This document shows positions 32,518 to 43,037 of a DNA stretch of 64,000 bases, piece after piece; position 1 is the stretch's first letter, and the number at the start of each line of letters is the position of its first letter. This DNA is from an uncultured Gemmatimonadales bacterium (GTDB lineage Bacteria; Gemmatimonadota; Gemmatimonadetes; Gemmatimonadales; Gemmatimonadaceae). The translations under genes and the position numbers were made by a program. The notes beneath the pieces were generated by a model that was given only the letters and a program-made list of their open reading frames with translations, was not told the DNA's origin and did no database searches. Location: the NCBI GenBank assembly GCA_963850905.1, contig CAWKMU010000003.1, positions 32,001 to 96,000 on the forward strand, read 5' to 3'.

Positions 32518-33053
32518 CCAGTCCTTTGGTAGAGGCGTGGTCGTCGTTCTTGGGGCGCTGGCCCTGGGATTGGTTCTGTACACTGACCTTCCGCGACTTG
32601 GTACACCCAGAATCCGCGGACAAGCGCTTTCGGTTGTTCGTCTCACAAATGAATCGACGGCTGTACGGAGCCCGGTGGTGGAAGCACGCCCAGGGCGTGC
32701 GCTGGGTCCGGGCGTCGGAACCTCAACGTCGCGAGGTTCTGCACTATCACGCCCTCCTTGGCGGCGGCGGATTGGCGAGCCTTCGTCGCCTGTCGTGGAT
32801 GGATGCATGGAACGAGATCGCAGGCTTTGCTCGTATCGAACCACCGCTCAGCGGCAATGCGGTTCGGGGCTACTGCGCGAAGTACGTGGTGAAGGGCGGC
32901 GAGATTGACATCGGCGGCCCACTGGAACGCCCGCCGCCCTTGCTGTTCTCCCCCGGCTGGGCAGAGGTGGCTGCTTGCCCGGAGGACACAAGGAGCGGCG
33001 TAGTGCCATGCCGCGCGAGCCAGTCCGTGGCCCTGGACGTTAGACGGAGCTAG
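32514..33053 (+). CDS. HUH rolling-circle replication initiator (Rep)
   Basis: Motif I FCTLTF, motif II LHYHALL, motif III YCAKY. Confidence 0.8.
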   Translation: MTSPLVEAWSSFLGRWPWDWFCTLTFRDLVHPESADKRFRLFVSQMNRRLYGARWWKHAQGVRWVRASEPQRREVLHYHALLGGGGLASLRRLSWMDAWNEIAGFARIEPPLSGNAVRGYCAKYVVKGGEIDIGGPLERPPPLLFSPGWAEVAACPEDTRSGVVPCRASQSVALDVRRS

Positions 33054-33493
33054 TCCCACCTCCTCCTCGCGTAGCAATGCTCCGAGGAGGACACCCCGGC
33101 ACCCGGTGGCCAGTGGGCAGACTGCGCCCCGTTGCTTGACGGGCGCAGTGTGTCTGGTCGGGATCGCATCACGGCGTGAAGGTGCTGACTACTTGGAGGG
33201 CTGACTTATGCAACGTCGGGGAAGATCGGCCAGAGGAACTTCGCGTGCTCCCGCCGACAGCCAGACCATCGCCATCGATCCCAAGCGGTTCTACCTCTCC
33301 CTCCCGTTTCATCCTGGTGCCAATGGCGAGGAGCGCAGAGCTGAGGTAGAACGCTTTCTCCTCGTCTTGCATCGCGAATGCCTCGTCACGGCTGCGCGGC
33401 TCGAATACCCATTCGATTTGCGCTGATGTCTTTCACTCAGCCCGTTGGGTGATCGCAACACGACGGAATTTGCGTCGGTGTTGCATCAGGCAC

Positions 33494-34348
33494 TTAGGAC
33501 CCCTCCTTGGTACGCTGAGTTAGGGCAACTTGGAAATCGTCGGCTCGAAGAGTGGCGCTGTGTAGCACCTTCACAAAGTCATCCATAAGCATGACCGCGG
33601 CCTCGGCGAGCTTACGGTTTGCAAATTCGGGTTGCTCTCCTCTTGGTACCCAAGGCCAGTTTAGAATGTCCGTCGCCGGCGAAACATGCACAATGCGGTG
33701 CCGATACTTGATGAGCCGCCGAATACGATTTAGGGTCAGTGGGCTAACGATCAGTCCGAACCGCAGATTATACGCCTTGTTGTAAAACTCTTTTGCTCGA
33801 TCGAAGTCCTGAAAAAGAAGACGCATCCGGTCCTTCAGAAGAGAGAAGACCGTGACGCCAGTACGCTTTGCCTCCGAACGGAGGACCTCAATACCTCCCG
33901 CTTGCTTCGTCGCCGCATCCAGAACAACCCGGGCTAGTCGCTCTTCATTGGGGGTTGCGCCCTCTGTTTCCATCTCACCGAAGCGGGATTTCAAGTACAC
34001 CTCTAGGCCGGTTACGAGCATCACTAGCGCAACGTTACAGACCACCATCTGAAAACGGTTCGCTTCTGATTCACCCGTAAGCATCACATCGATCGCGCTT
34101 CTAGTCTCTCCCCAGCTCTCGATTCCAGGTGTCTCGAAAGCCATCTCGCCTTCTTGGTACGCGATGCCCGTTGCCCCCATGCCCAGAGTCATGATGTCCC
34201 CGTTGGGCAACGCGTATAGCCTGGTCTCCTGCGAAGGAATCGCTGTCGATTCTACGGAATTACTCGGGTCGTCGGGTGACCCAACGCCGAACCTGGCCGA
34301 CTCAGGCGACCAATCGAAGTAGATCGTCAGTCGATCGGCTGGCGCCAT
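33494..34348 (-). CDS. Putative HEPN-domain protein
   Basis: VMLVTGLEVYL helix and Rx4H motif RHRIVH. Confidence 0.6.
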   Translation of the reverse strand: MAPADRLTIYFDWSPESARFGVGSPDDPSNSVESTAIPSQETRLYALPNGDIMTLGMGATGIAYQEGEMAFETPGIESWGETRSAIDVMLTGESEANRFQMVVCNVALVMLVTGLEVYLKSRFGEMETEGATPNEERLARVVLDAATKQAGGIEVLRSEAKRTGVTVFSLLKDRMRLLFQDFDRAKEFYNKAYNLRFGLIVSPLTLNRIRRLIKYRHRIVHVSPATDILNWPWVPRGEQPEFANRKLAEAAVMLMDDFVKVLHSATLRADDFQVALTQRTKEGS

Positions 34349-34760
34349 GCGAGACAAGTCGATGGTCGCAACCGTGGTACCCGTCCCGGGGAGGAATGGT
34401 AGTAGCTCAACCGGCGCTCCCCATCGCTTACGATTCTAAAAGCGTGGCCGCCAGCGGCGGCCTGAAACACCTTGCATCCGGCCGGGAGTCCTTCGAGTAG
34501 GGGTTTCCCCGCGGAAACCAGCTTAGCGGCGCCTCGCTGGCGTCGCATGGACGCGCAGAGTTGCCGCCACGCTGCGTCGGATAAGCCCAAGAGAGTGCGC
34601 ATCGTCAATAATTCATTCAGTCATCTTCCTGGTCGAACAGGGCCGCTGCGCGCTCGCGCGATCCAAGTATCGCTCAAAGCGACCCGGCTTGCCCACTCTA
34701 ATAGCATTCCTAAGCTCCTCATCGCTTGCGCCGTCATAGCAAAGGGCGTATGAAGGAGAC

Positions 34761-35093
34761 ATGTTCCTGCCGATTTTTGCCTATGAGGTGATCAGCATTA
34801 TCTGCGCTGTCACCGCGGGTCTTCATGTAGGGTTGAAACCCGCTGTCTGTACGCTAGGTGCCTCCGTGATCTCGGTGATTGCCGCCGGCGGCATAAAGGC
34901 TGGACTTCTGTGGGGCAAGGGGCCACAAAGAATCGGGACGCTCGCAGTCGGCGTGCTGCTGGTCGCTCTCGCATACTGGCTCGGAAGTGGTTTTTCCGTG
35001 GTGTTGTGGAGCAACGTCCTAAGCGGCCAAGAATGGGCGGGGATTGGGACCGTTGTTGGTTTGGTCTTTGTCACCAAGAAGTTGGCGACCTAG
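34761..35093 (+). CDS. Small membrane protein
   Basis: About four hydrophobic segments; AAGGAG RBS. Confidence 0.6.
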   Translation: MFLPIFAYEVISIICAVTAGLHVGLKPAVCTLGASVISVIAAGGIKAGLLWGKGPQRIGTLAVGVLLVALAYWLGSGFSVVLWSNVLSGQEWAGIGTVVGLVFVTKKLAT

Positions 35094-35298
35094 TGCGGAG
35101 CAGCTTGTTTCAACCCCGTGCCCGAGCCGCCCCGCTTCACGCGCTCGGACATAGTCCGGTGCGACGAAGCATTCCGGTCTTTGATGGAGAAGGTGAAACG
35201 AGCGCACGAACGCGGTGACGAGGTCCGCGCGGCGCAACTTGATTCCACCAGGGCAATGACATTCTCGGATACGCCGGCACCAGAACCGCGACGAGAGA

Positions 35299-35775
35299 AT
35301 GGTCGCATATCACGAGGCAGGACACGCCGTTGTGGGAATGCTATTGGGAATCCCGATCGAGCGAGTGTCCATCGCAGCTAGCGGCGATTCAGCAGGCCGC
35401 GTAGTCCAAGCTGCCCAATGGGGACGGCACGTGTCCCCCGAGGAACTGCCATGCCTCATTACGAGGTATATCGAATTTCTTCAGGCCGGCCAGCGCGCCG
35501 TCGAGCGCGGTTTCGGAGTCGAGCCGTCGGTGTCGTGCGGCGCGGGCGACGACTGTGCCCTGATGCGAGAGCGGGTGAAGTTGCTGGAACTTGACTCCCG
35601 GCAAGAAGATGCTCTTATAGAGCGCGCAGGAAGTACCGTCGCACTGATGCTTGCTAGGCCAGAGATTTGGGCGGCCGTCCGCGCCTTGGCTGAAGCAGTC
35701 ATGGAGCAGGGCACTCTCACGGGGCAAGAATGCATTCGCCAGATCGTTGAGCAGTATGTAGGACGCATCACATGA
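35299..35775 (+). CDS. Stand-alone M41 (FtsH-like) metallopeptidase domain protein
   Basis: VAYHEAGHAVVG...IERVSI...AG..A...GAGDD...AVRALAEAVMEQGTLTGQE. Confidence 0.75.
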   Translation: MVAYHEAGHAVVGMLLGIPIERVSIAASGDSAGRVVQAAQWGRHVSPEELPCLITRYIEFLQAGQRAVERGFGVEPSVSCGAGDDCALMRERVKLLELDSRQEDALIERAGSTVALMLARPEIWAAVRALAEAVMEQGTLTGQECIRQIVEQYVGRIT

Positions 35776-35980
35776 CTCACAGATTCTTGCCGCTCGTCCT
35801 ATTAGCTGGATGCTTGTCGGCGACAGCATGCACACCTGCTTCAAGCGCGGAAAAAACAGACCGCGTCAATGATGTGGCCGCAAGCCTGATAATCGACCTC
35901 TGTTGGCCAACTAGCTTCCGCGTCCTCTTCCCATGGGTAACACGGGATGAGTTTTGGGGTGGCCCCCGGCGGGGCGGCTA

Positions 35981-36436
35981 ATGAGCAATCCACGAACGAC
36001 GAGGGGGCCATGGACGAATAGTCAATACGGCCGACGCCTCGCGGCTGCTCTTGTGCTGCCTCCTTGGACTGGCTGGATTCTCGGATGGCGTAACAGGAAG
36101 TACCCTGCTCGCGCAGCGTGGGGGAGAAGACTGGCCGTTGTTTCAACGATTGCCTGGCTAAGCGGTCCGCTGTTCGAGTACATGACCACGTACCATTACG
36201 AGAGCATGGATCCAACGATATGGAGCATGCACGGAGCATGGGCTCTGTCACCTCAGGCGTTTTGCTTCCCTGCAAACTCGTTCGCCAATGTCCTGTGCTA
36301 TACTCACATTCCAGGCTACGCGACCTACTACGTCCTTTTAATTACGCTGGCCTGGTTCATTCTGTATCGCCAGTTCAGGCGGTCAGTCAAGTCGGGATCT
36401 CTCGCGATTCACGAATCGTCAGCCGGCTCGGCGTGA
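35981..36436 (+). CDS. Hypothetical membrane protein
   Basis: Hydrophobic segments; TAATG coupling with the upstream ORF. Confidence 0.45.
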   Translation: MSNPRTTRGPWTNSQYGRRLAAALVLPPWTGWILGWRNRKYPARAAWGRRLAVVSTIAWLSGPLFEYMTTYHYESMDPTIWSMHGAWALSPQAFCFPANSFANVLCYTHIPGYATYYVLLITLAWFILYRQFRRSVKSGSLAIHESSAGSA

Positions 36437-36449
36437 TGTGGAGCGCGCA

Positions 36450-36944
36450 ATGAAGGCACTCGTGGCACTCGCCGCTGGCGTTACCACGATCCATGCGATC
36501 CGGTTATGCGCCCAGCCGCCCGCCCCGATTGATCCGGACTCATCCAAGAGCGTGACGTATCTGAATGCGCACGGCTGCACCGCGTACTTCGACGCCAAGG
36601 GCTGGATTAGCAGCTATGACTGCGACAAGGACTCCGTCGCGACGCATCGTTTTTTTGCCGCCACCGATCGCGAGATTGAGACTCGTGAACGCATGGTAAC
36701 GGAGGAAGGCGTCCTTCATTTGCTGAACAAGGATCTTGAGGCACTGCAGGCCTTGGGCGGAGCCAATGCCACGTCCGCTGACACCCGCGCGAATTATGCT
36801 GAGACCCTCAGACTCCATGCAGCGGCCCAAAAGACCTATGACTCCTTAGATGCCGAACACGCGATCGCCGCAGAGGATTTTCAGCACGAAATAGCGGTAC
36901 GCAGGTACCACGAGATCCACCCGAGTGCTCCTTCAGATCCATGA
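36450..36944 (+). CDS. Hypothetical secreted protein
   Basis: Signal-peptide-like N-terminus; GGAG RBS. Confidence 0.55.
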   Translation: MKALVALAAGVTTIHAIRLCAQPPAPIDPDSSKSVTYLNAHGCTAYFDAKGWISSYDCDKDSVATHRFFAATDREIETRERMVTEEGVLHLLNKDLEALQALGGANATSADTRANYAETLRLHAAAQKTYDSLDAEHAIAAEDFQHEIAVRRYHEIHPSAPSDP

Positions 36945-37306
36945 CGAAGCCCAAGGTCTCCCGTAGCGTTCGCATCGCGAAGGCGTGGCACGACGCCGAG
37001 GACATTGTGGCGCGAGTCGCGAAAGACGTGGTCCCGCCGCTGCGGAAAAAAGCACCGGACCTGCCCAAGGTGCAGGCGACACTCCGATTCATTGAGCGTA
37101 AGGCGCGCACGGTCGCCGGAAGGGTCGGGACCTATCGCATCGCGGGCGCGAAGGCGGCTGGCGTCACTGTCGCGGAGCAGGCGACCACGCTGTGCGCCAT
37201 GCTCGACATGGAGTCGGTCGAGCGCCGGGAGGCGGAGCGTGCAGCTGCTGGGTTGCGCAATGCGGCCAACGCGTTCAGGACACAAATCTTCGACGCGATG
37301 CCTTAA
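36941..37306 (+). CDS. Hypothetical protein
   Basis: ATGA overlap with the upstream gene. Confidence 0.5.
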   Translation: MTKPKVSRSVRIAKAWHDAEDIVARVAKDVVPPLRKKAPDLPKVQATLRFIERKARTVAGRVGTYRIAGAKAAGVTVAEQATTLCAMLDMESVERREAERAAAGLRNAANAFRTQIFDAMP

Positions 37307-37409
37307 GGCCGACGTACGACCGTCGAACCATTATCTGCCAGACCGCTGCATGCCCGGTATACTACAGCGGCGACCCCCTGATGCCGAAAAGGTGGGCAAG
37401 TAGGTATCT

Positions 37410-37589
37410 ATGTCTACATATGTGCGGATAGGTGAATACGCCCGTAAGCACGGTGTGTCGGTGTCCACAGTCCGGCGCTGGGACGCCGACGGACGCATTA
37501 CCGGCCGGAGGTCACCCTCAGGGCAACGCCTCTACGACCTGGAGGAGGACCCCGCTCCCCCCGGCGCCAGCCTGTTGCCAGTCCGCTAG
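37410..37589 (+). CDS. MerR-like/excisionase HTH (59 aa, not in the ORF track)
   Basis: MSTYVRIGEYARKHGVSVSTVRRWDADGRITGRRSPSGQRLYD. Confidence 0.7.
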   Translation: MSTYVRIGEYARKHGVSVSTVRRWDADGRITGRRSPSGQRLYDLEEDPAPPGASLLPVR

Positions 37590-38230
37590 TCACCCCCTCG
37601 GTGGGCACGTGTGAAGAGGAGGACCTGGCTTCACGCGAGGTCCCCGAGTGGGAGCAGTCGGTACATCTGGCGCGCTCGCGCTACGAGGTCGCGAAGATCG
37701 ACGCTGAGCATGACGACTTGATCCGCAAGCTGGAGGAACAGGCCGAGGCGCGCGAGGCCGCACGCATCGCTGGGGGTGAGCAGGCAAGACGGGATCGGGA
37801 CGCGGCGGCTGCTCGCGCCGCGAGGGAGCAAGGCAATGGGCGACGGCTGGATTCCTACCGCAGCAACGCTCGTTGGTCCTTGATCGCATTTCCCGTTGGC
37901 TCTCCCGCGCGAGCCGAAGTCGAGGAGTTTCTAACCACCCTGACGCCAAACGCCACGCAGGAGTACGTCACCGCGCGAGTCGAATGCGATCCTCCGGCCT
38001 CACCGGGAAGCCCAGGACAACGCCCGTCGCGTAGCGGAGTTGATCGAGAGCGGGATGAGCCACGCCCGCATGGAGACGTTCGGCTCCGAGTGGGACTACA
38101 CAAGCGGCAAGGAAGCACAGGCCGAGGTTGAGCGCGTGCTACGACGAAAAGTCGAAGCAGACTGGACGGGCGCGCGCGTCGAGCGGCTAGTCCAGGCCGT
38201 ACTGGACCGCTGGGAGTGACGGATTAGGCA

Positions 38231-38563
38231 GTGGCGTACCTACGAGACGAGCAGCTCATCGGCCAGTGGGTTGAACGCCCTTTCCTCGATCCGATCGACA
38301 GCCTAGTCCTGCGTGACGCGCGCTACGGCGCCCACTTTTTTCGTTTCGTCGCCGACCAAGAGTGGCACCATTGGGTGCGCCCAGGTGAATACGTGACCAT
38401 CGATCAAGCGGCTAGACTGCTCGACGTGTCAAGCCAACTCGTAGATCGACTGTGGAGGCGCGGCGACCTCACACAGCATCACGCCACGTCCAATGGTGCG
38501 CGGCTACTGGCGCTGGCCGAGGTCCGCGCCCTACACCTCGAGCGTTCGCGCAAAGCCCGTTGA
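38231..38563 (+). CDS. Protein with C-terminal HTH_17 (excisionase-like) domain
   Basis: YVTIDQAARLLDVSSQLVDRLWRRGDL. Confidence 0.65.
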   Translation: MAYLRDEQLIGQWVERPFLDPIDSLVLRDARYGAHFFRFVADQEWHHWVRPGEYVTIDQAARLLDVSSQLVDRLWRRGDLTQHHATSNGARLLALAEVRALHLERSRKAR

Positions 38564-38588
38564 CACGTTGGGGCTGTAGTACTATCGT
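38560..38588 (+). promoter_or_regulatory. Putative sigma70 promoter upstream of the acidic ORF, xis and int
   Basis: TTGACA-17 bp-TATCGT. Confidence 0.5.
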
Positions 38589-38650
38589 CCTACAGTGCCG
38601 CTGCCGTGCTGACACGGCTCGACCCCAACCACACCCGCAAGGGGAGATCC

Positions 38651-38845
38651 ATGCCCAGCAAGCGTGAGATCGAGCAGGAGCGCAATACGCTGCGCGCCAA
38701 GCTCGAAGCCTTGTACGACAGCACGCAAGACTTGGGAGCCGACATCGCCGACGCCCTCGGGTGGCAGGACGAGGAGGAAGAGGACGAAACGGATTCGGAT
38801 GATGACCTGGACGAGGACTCAGATTTGGAAGCCGACGACGAGTAA
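38651..38845 (+). CDS. Small coiled-coil protein with very acidic tail
   Basis: GGGGAG RBS; MPSKREIEQER...DEEEEDETDSDDDLDEDSDLEADDE. Confidence 0.6.
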   Translation: MPSKREIEQERNTLRAKLEALYDSTQDLGADIADALGWQDEEEEDETDSDDDLDEDSDLEADDE

Positions 38846-39063
38846 AAGAGAACTGCCCGCGCTTTGATCTGAGCAGATCGCGCGGGCAGTTCCGATTTTC
38901 TCTCCTGCCGTTGTGGTGCCACTGGCCAGCGCGCACCAACAACGCAACCTTGAGGATCAGGACCAGTGTTGCGTCCCTGTGATACAAGTATCGGCGAATT
39001 ACCCTGGCATCGCAAGCATGCGCTGACGGTTAGCTCCGCGACGGTTCGGCGGGAGCAGGCGCC

Positions 39064-39387
39064 ATGACCGACACAGCCATCGCCGAGGCGCGGTCCGCGG
39101 CATCCATGTGGAAAGCGGAAGCCGATAAGCGGCGCATAGTCTCCCCACATGATCCAGTCGCCGACGCCTTTGAGTATTGCGCCGGAGATCTGCTTGAGCG
39201 GATGCGTCCAATCGACGCGCCCGATGCGGTACAAACGGTGGAGCAGTACGCGGCCGACCATGGTGTCACAGCGCAAGCCGTCCGCAAATGGGTCGCCACT
39301 CACCGCCTCGATGCGATAAAGACGCCTCACGGCTACCGAATCCTGCGAAGTGCGCTGGTGCGACCATCGAAAAGGAGGGCCACGTGA
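39064..39387 (+). CDS. Excisionase-like HTH protein
   Basis: TVEQYAADHGVTAQAVRKWV..HRLDAIK...GYRI; GTGA overlap with the integrase. Confidence 0.75.
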   Translation: MTDTAIAEARSAASMWKAEADKRRIVSPHDPVADAFEYCAGDLLERMRPIDAPDAVQTVEQYAADHGVTAQAVRKWVATHRLDAIKTPHGYRILRSALVRPSKRRAT

Positions 39388-40646
39388 CTGCGCGTCCCTG
39401 GTCAGAGAGTGTCGGGTTTCTGCCGCACAAGGTCACCGCATTCGAGAACCCGGAGAAACACGCCGTCGTGTATCTGCGATGGCGCGCCGCCGGTAACTGG
39501 CGGAAGCGATCGCTCGGGGTCCGCCTGCGTGACGAGAGAGGCAAGATCCGCCAGGATGTCCGCGTCGCAGTTATGGCAGAGGCGCAGACTCAACACGAGA
39601 TCCTTTCCGGCAAGCGTGCAGCCAGCAGCCCCGCAAGACTCACGATTGGCGACACGTGGGCCGTCATATCATCGCACGATGGCCTCTACCCCGTACTCAC
39701 TCCGCACGCGAAAGAGGTAGGACGCTCGCTCGCGGCGGCCGCCCGTATCTTAGGACCGCGGCTGCCGTGGGACCTGATCGACCGCGCGTACATACGGAGG
39801 ATCGGGCGCACCAGAATTGACGAGCTGCGGGCGCGCGGCAGGGACGGTTATCGAACGGCCGAGATCACCGTGCAACAAGTGCTAGCCGTTGCGGCGTGGC
39901 TGCGCGACGAAGGCAAGGTTTCGGCGACGGCCTGTCTGGCCCCGCGGCGCTGGCGTGAGGACCTTCGCAACTATTGGTCCGACAGTGCAGGGTCAACGAC
40001 GCCGCCCGAGCCTGCGCAGCCGAGGCACACGCTACAAGAGATGCGCGAGATACTCGCGGCCGCACCTTTGGTCGATCCGCGGTTCGCGCTACTACTGGCG
40101 TTCGGTCCCGAGCTGCGGCTTGGCCAAGTAGCACGCGCGCGGAGATCCGACCTCGATGAGTCCAAGCGCATCCTTCACATTCGCGGTCGCCGAAAAAAGA
40201 GAGGGACGAAGGTTGCTCTCACGGACGGTCAATTGGCTGCATGGCTCACCGCGAAGGCGACGTACTTGGCCGAGCTAGACAACAAGCTGATGGATTATCC
40301 CCTGTTCCCGCGCGGTCAGATGCCCGGCGGCCGCACGGGTAAAGGGGTGGCAACCGTACAACGACACGGATTCGCGGCGCCGATCGGCCGCACCGCCATC
40401 CGCAAATGGTTCGCGGAGGCTGAACGCAAGGCGAAGGTCTCACACGTCACCGGCCGGGGCGCATATGGCTTGCGCCGCGCGGCGGTCGATGCAGCAAAGG
40501 AGCGGCATATCGGCCGCGAGGCGCTGGAGGCTTTCGGAGGCTGGGCAGATACGCAGATACCCGACATGGTGTACGCCGACCAGGAAGCGGCGTATGCACG
40601 CAACGAGGCCGCTGAGATTCGCGCCATGATCCGGGGGGAGTCGTGA
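39384..40646 (+). CDS. Tyrosine recombinase/integrase
   Basis: LRLGQVARARRSDL (R), RKKRG (K), YGLRR (HxxR variant), GGW...MVY (W,Y); AGGAGG RBS; ends about 100 bp from the tRNA 3' end. Confidence 0.88.
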   Translation: MTARPWSESVGFLPHKVTAFENPEKHAVVYLRWRAAGNWRKRSLGVRLRDERGKIRQDVRVAVMAEAQTQHEILSGKRAASSPARLTIGDTWAVISSHDGLYPVLTPHAKEVGRSLAAAARILGPRLPWDLIDRAYIRRIGRTRIDELRARGRDGYRTAEITVQQVLAVAAWLRDEGKVSATACLAPRRWREDLRNYWSDSAGSTTPPEPAQPRHTLQEMREILAAAPLVDPRFALLLAFGPELRLGQVARARRSDLDESKRILHIRGRRKKRGTKVALTDGQLAAWLTAKATYLAELDNKLMDYPLFPRGQMPGGRTGKGVATVQRHGFAAPIGRTAIRKWFAEAERKAKVSHVTGRGAYGLRRAAVDAAKERHIGREALEAFGGWADTQIPDMVYADQEAAYARNEAAEIRAMIRGES

Positions 40647-40744
40647 CCGACCGCGTACCCCACGCGTACCCCGACGCGAAGACGGCGCACCCGCTTGGGT
40701 GCGCCGCAGTGTCCAACCACTTGCCCCGTTGTGTGTTGCAGGTA

Positions 40745-40818
<74 letters not shown>

Positions 40819-41008
40819 CAGACGGACGTAATAAGATAATACGCCGCCGCGAGAGCAGACCGGAGAACCGTAGGCCCGTCACCGTCAGATGGATGGTCGC
40901 CGAATTCGGTTGCGCCGCCGCCCGCCGACCTGTAAGGGCGGGCTTCAGCCCGCCCTCATCCGCGATCCCACCCGAAAACCGCAATGTCGCCCGGACTGGC
41001 GTCGAGCA

Positions 41009-41437
41009 TCAGTGCTTTCGTACCGCGTCGACTCTCCCACTGACGACGTCGCCCGACACGTACCGAGCCTCGAACGCACCCTTCATCGTGTCGCCGCCAT
41101 CGTAGTGCAGGATGATGTGATTGCGCTCGACGGTCTGGCCCGGCCGCACGGTACTGGGGTAGGGGCCGGCCTCAACGACGATACTGTCGCCGCTCACCAG
41201 CAGCACGCGAAGCGGGACGGCAGGGTCGGTGGCGTGCTGCATCGTCCACCCCTCCGTGCTCGCCGTCGCTGTCAGCACGCTCGCCACCAGCACGCCACTC
41301 GACGCGCCGACGACCGCCCGGTAATCCCAGGTACCTGCAATCTGCGACAACCGTACAGACGCTCCGCCATTCTGCGCCGCCACAGTCGTGGCGGAGCCCG
41401 TCAGAAGTGCCGCTGAGACGAGCAGCGCGCGATACAT
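41009..41437 (-). CDS. Hypothetical secreted beta-rich protein
   Basis: Signal peptide; GGAGGGAG RBS. Confidence 0.6.
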   Translation of the reverse strand: MYRALLVSAALLTGSATTVAAQNGGASVRLSQIAGTWDYRAVVGASSGVLVASVLTATASTEGWTMQHATDPAVPLRVLLVSGDSIVVEAGPYPSTVRPGQTVERNHIILHYDGGDTMKGAFEARYVSGDVVSGRVDAVRKH

Positions 41438-41624
41438 AGGAGCTCCCTCCCAGGACAGCGCGCTCATTGACGCAGGCAATATGCCTGCGCCATGTTCGCG
41501 CGAAGAGATACGCGAGGATGACGCCGCCACACCGACATGTAGGGGCGGCCTTCAGGCCGCCCACCCGCTCACCTCTGCTCACCACGCTTCCAGTCCGGAC
41601 CCCGCCCACGACCCGCACGCCGCT

Positions 41625-42194
41625 GTGATCCGCCCACACGCAGTCCTGCTGACCGTCATCGCACTCGGCCCCGCATCGCCCGCCCGCCAGCACGCGAGGT
41701 CCACATCTGTCGACTTGCAACCGCCAGGTTGCGTGATGTTTGTGAGCCGCGTATCGAACGCTGCATTGCGAGTCCCTCCCGTCAAGCGCTTCGCCGTCCT
41801 GTACACCAACACGCGCTACGGATTCACCGTCACGCTGCCAGATGATTGGAAGGGCTATGGCGCCGTCGAGGGACGCTGGCGTGGCTACGTGCTCCTGCCC
41901 GACGGCACGACCGGTCCCGATACCATCACGGGGCCCCAGGTCACCATCAGACATCCGCTGTGGACGGAGTCGCAGCCACGCCAGGACATTCCGATCATGG
42001 TCTTCACCCGCGCGCAGTGGCGCTCGGTGACTCAGCAAACGCTGGTCGTGAGCGCCGCACCCATCGGACCGCGAGCACTCGCGCGCAACGCGCGCTACGT
42101 CCTGGCCCTGCCCCCGCGATACAACTTCGCCGCACGCCCAGGGGCCGAACAGGTGGATACCATCCTCGCACACCACGCCGTCCGTCCGTTGTGA
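41625..42194 (+). CDS. Hypothetical secreted protein
   Basis: YTNTRYGFTVTLPDDWKGY...PRQDIPIMVFT...ALPPRYNFA. Confidence 0.55.
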   Translation: MIRPHAVLLTVIALGPASPARQHARSTSVDLQPPGCVMFVSRVSNAALRVPPVKRFAVLYTNTRYGFTVTLPDDWKGYGAVEGRWRGYVLLPDGTTGPDTITGPQVTIRHPLWTESQPRQDIPIMVFTRAQWRSVTQQTLVVSAAPIGPRALARNARYVLALPPRYNFAARPGAEQVDTILAHHAVRPL

Positions 42195-42288
42195 TGGACA
42201 CGCTGGAACCGAACCACAAACCACGGGTGCGCCGCGAGTAGGGGCGACCCGTGCGTGGCCCTCCGTCACGAATCACGAACCGCGCCCC

Positions 42289-42921
42289 TCAACCGTCAGC
42301 CACTGGCTCCGCAACGTCCGCCGGGCGGTCCGCGACATCCACACCCACACCCTCGGCCCGCAGAATCGTCGACGCGTACCGCCAGGCCGCATCGATGTCG
42401 GCGATCACCGCCGCAACCGGTCGGTCGCGCGGCACCGCCCCGCGGAGTCGCGTGGCCGCCGCCTCTACCAGGATCCGCGCGACTTCCTCCGCCTGCTCGG
42501 CCGTCGCCCCAGCGTGCTCGACGCGCTCGATGTACCCGTGCACCCGCTCGTACGCGGCGGGCGGCATCCGGTACGCCAGCACCTCGCCGGCCGCACCCGC
42601 AGCACCCATCACGCCGACGCGCCCCGCACGACCACCACCGTTGCCACGAGTCGCGACACCGCCGGACTCGGGACCCCCGGGCGTCCAGGGCTGTCCCCCG
42701 TCGTCATCCGCCAACAACCAGTCCGCCGATACCTTCAACACCGCGGCCAGTTTGCGAATGACCTGCGGATCCTTCGGACACACGCCGCTGTTCTCCCAGC
42801 GGCTCACCGTGTTGCGCTCGACACCGACCGCAACCGCAAGATCACTCTGTGTGAGCCGCCCACCAGCCGGTGTCCGAATCCGCTGCCGTGCCTCACGGAC
42901 CCGATCGCCAAACGCGATCAC
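42289..42921 (-). CDS. XRE-family HTH regulator
   Basis: LTQSDLAVAVGVERNTVSRWEN...LKVSADWLL. Confidence 0.85.
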   Translation of the reverse strand: MIAFGDRVREARQRIRTPAGGRLTQSDLAVAVGVERNTVSRWENSGVCPKDPQVIRKLAAVLKVSADWLLADDDGGQPWTPGGPESGGVATRGNGGGRAGRVGVMGAAGAAGEVLAYRMPPAAYERVHGYIERVEHAGATAEQAEEVARILVEAAATRLRGAVPRDRPVAAVIADIDAAWRYASTILRAEGVGVDVADRPADVAEPVADG

Positions 42922-43037
42922 CTTCGCCTCCTCACTTCACCAAACGACCACTCCGCCAACGTGCTCCTCCACCACCCCAGACAAGCTTTGCAGTGCCCTG
43001 CCACGCCTGACTCGCCGCGCCTGACCCGACGACCCCC

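Noticed and set aside
37410..37589. IS607 serine transposase
   Set aside because: Only the MerR-like HTH is present; no resolvase catalytic domain or TnpB follows.
31990..40743. Filamentous prophage (inovirus)
   Set aside because: A Rep and small membrane ORFs are present, but no Zot/pI-like ATPase with a Walker A motif was found.
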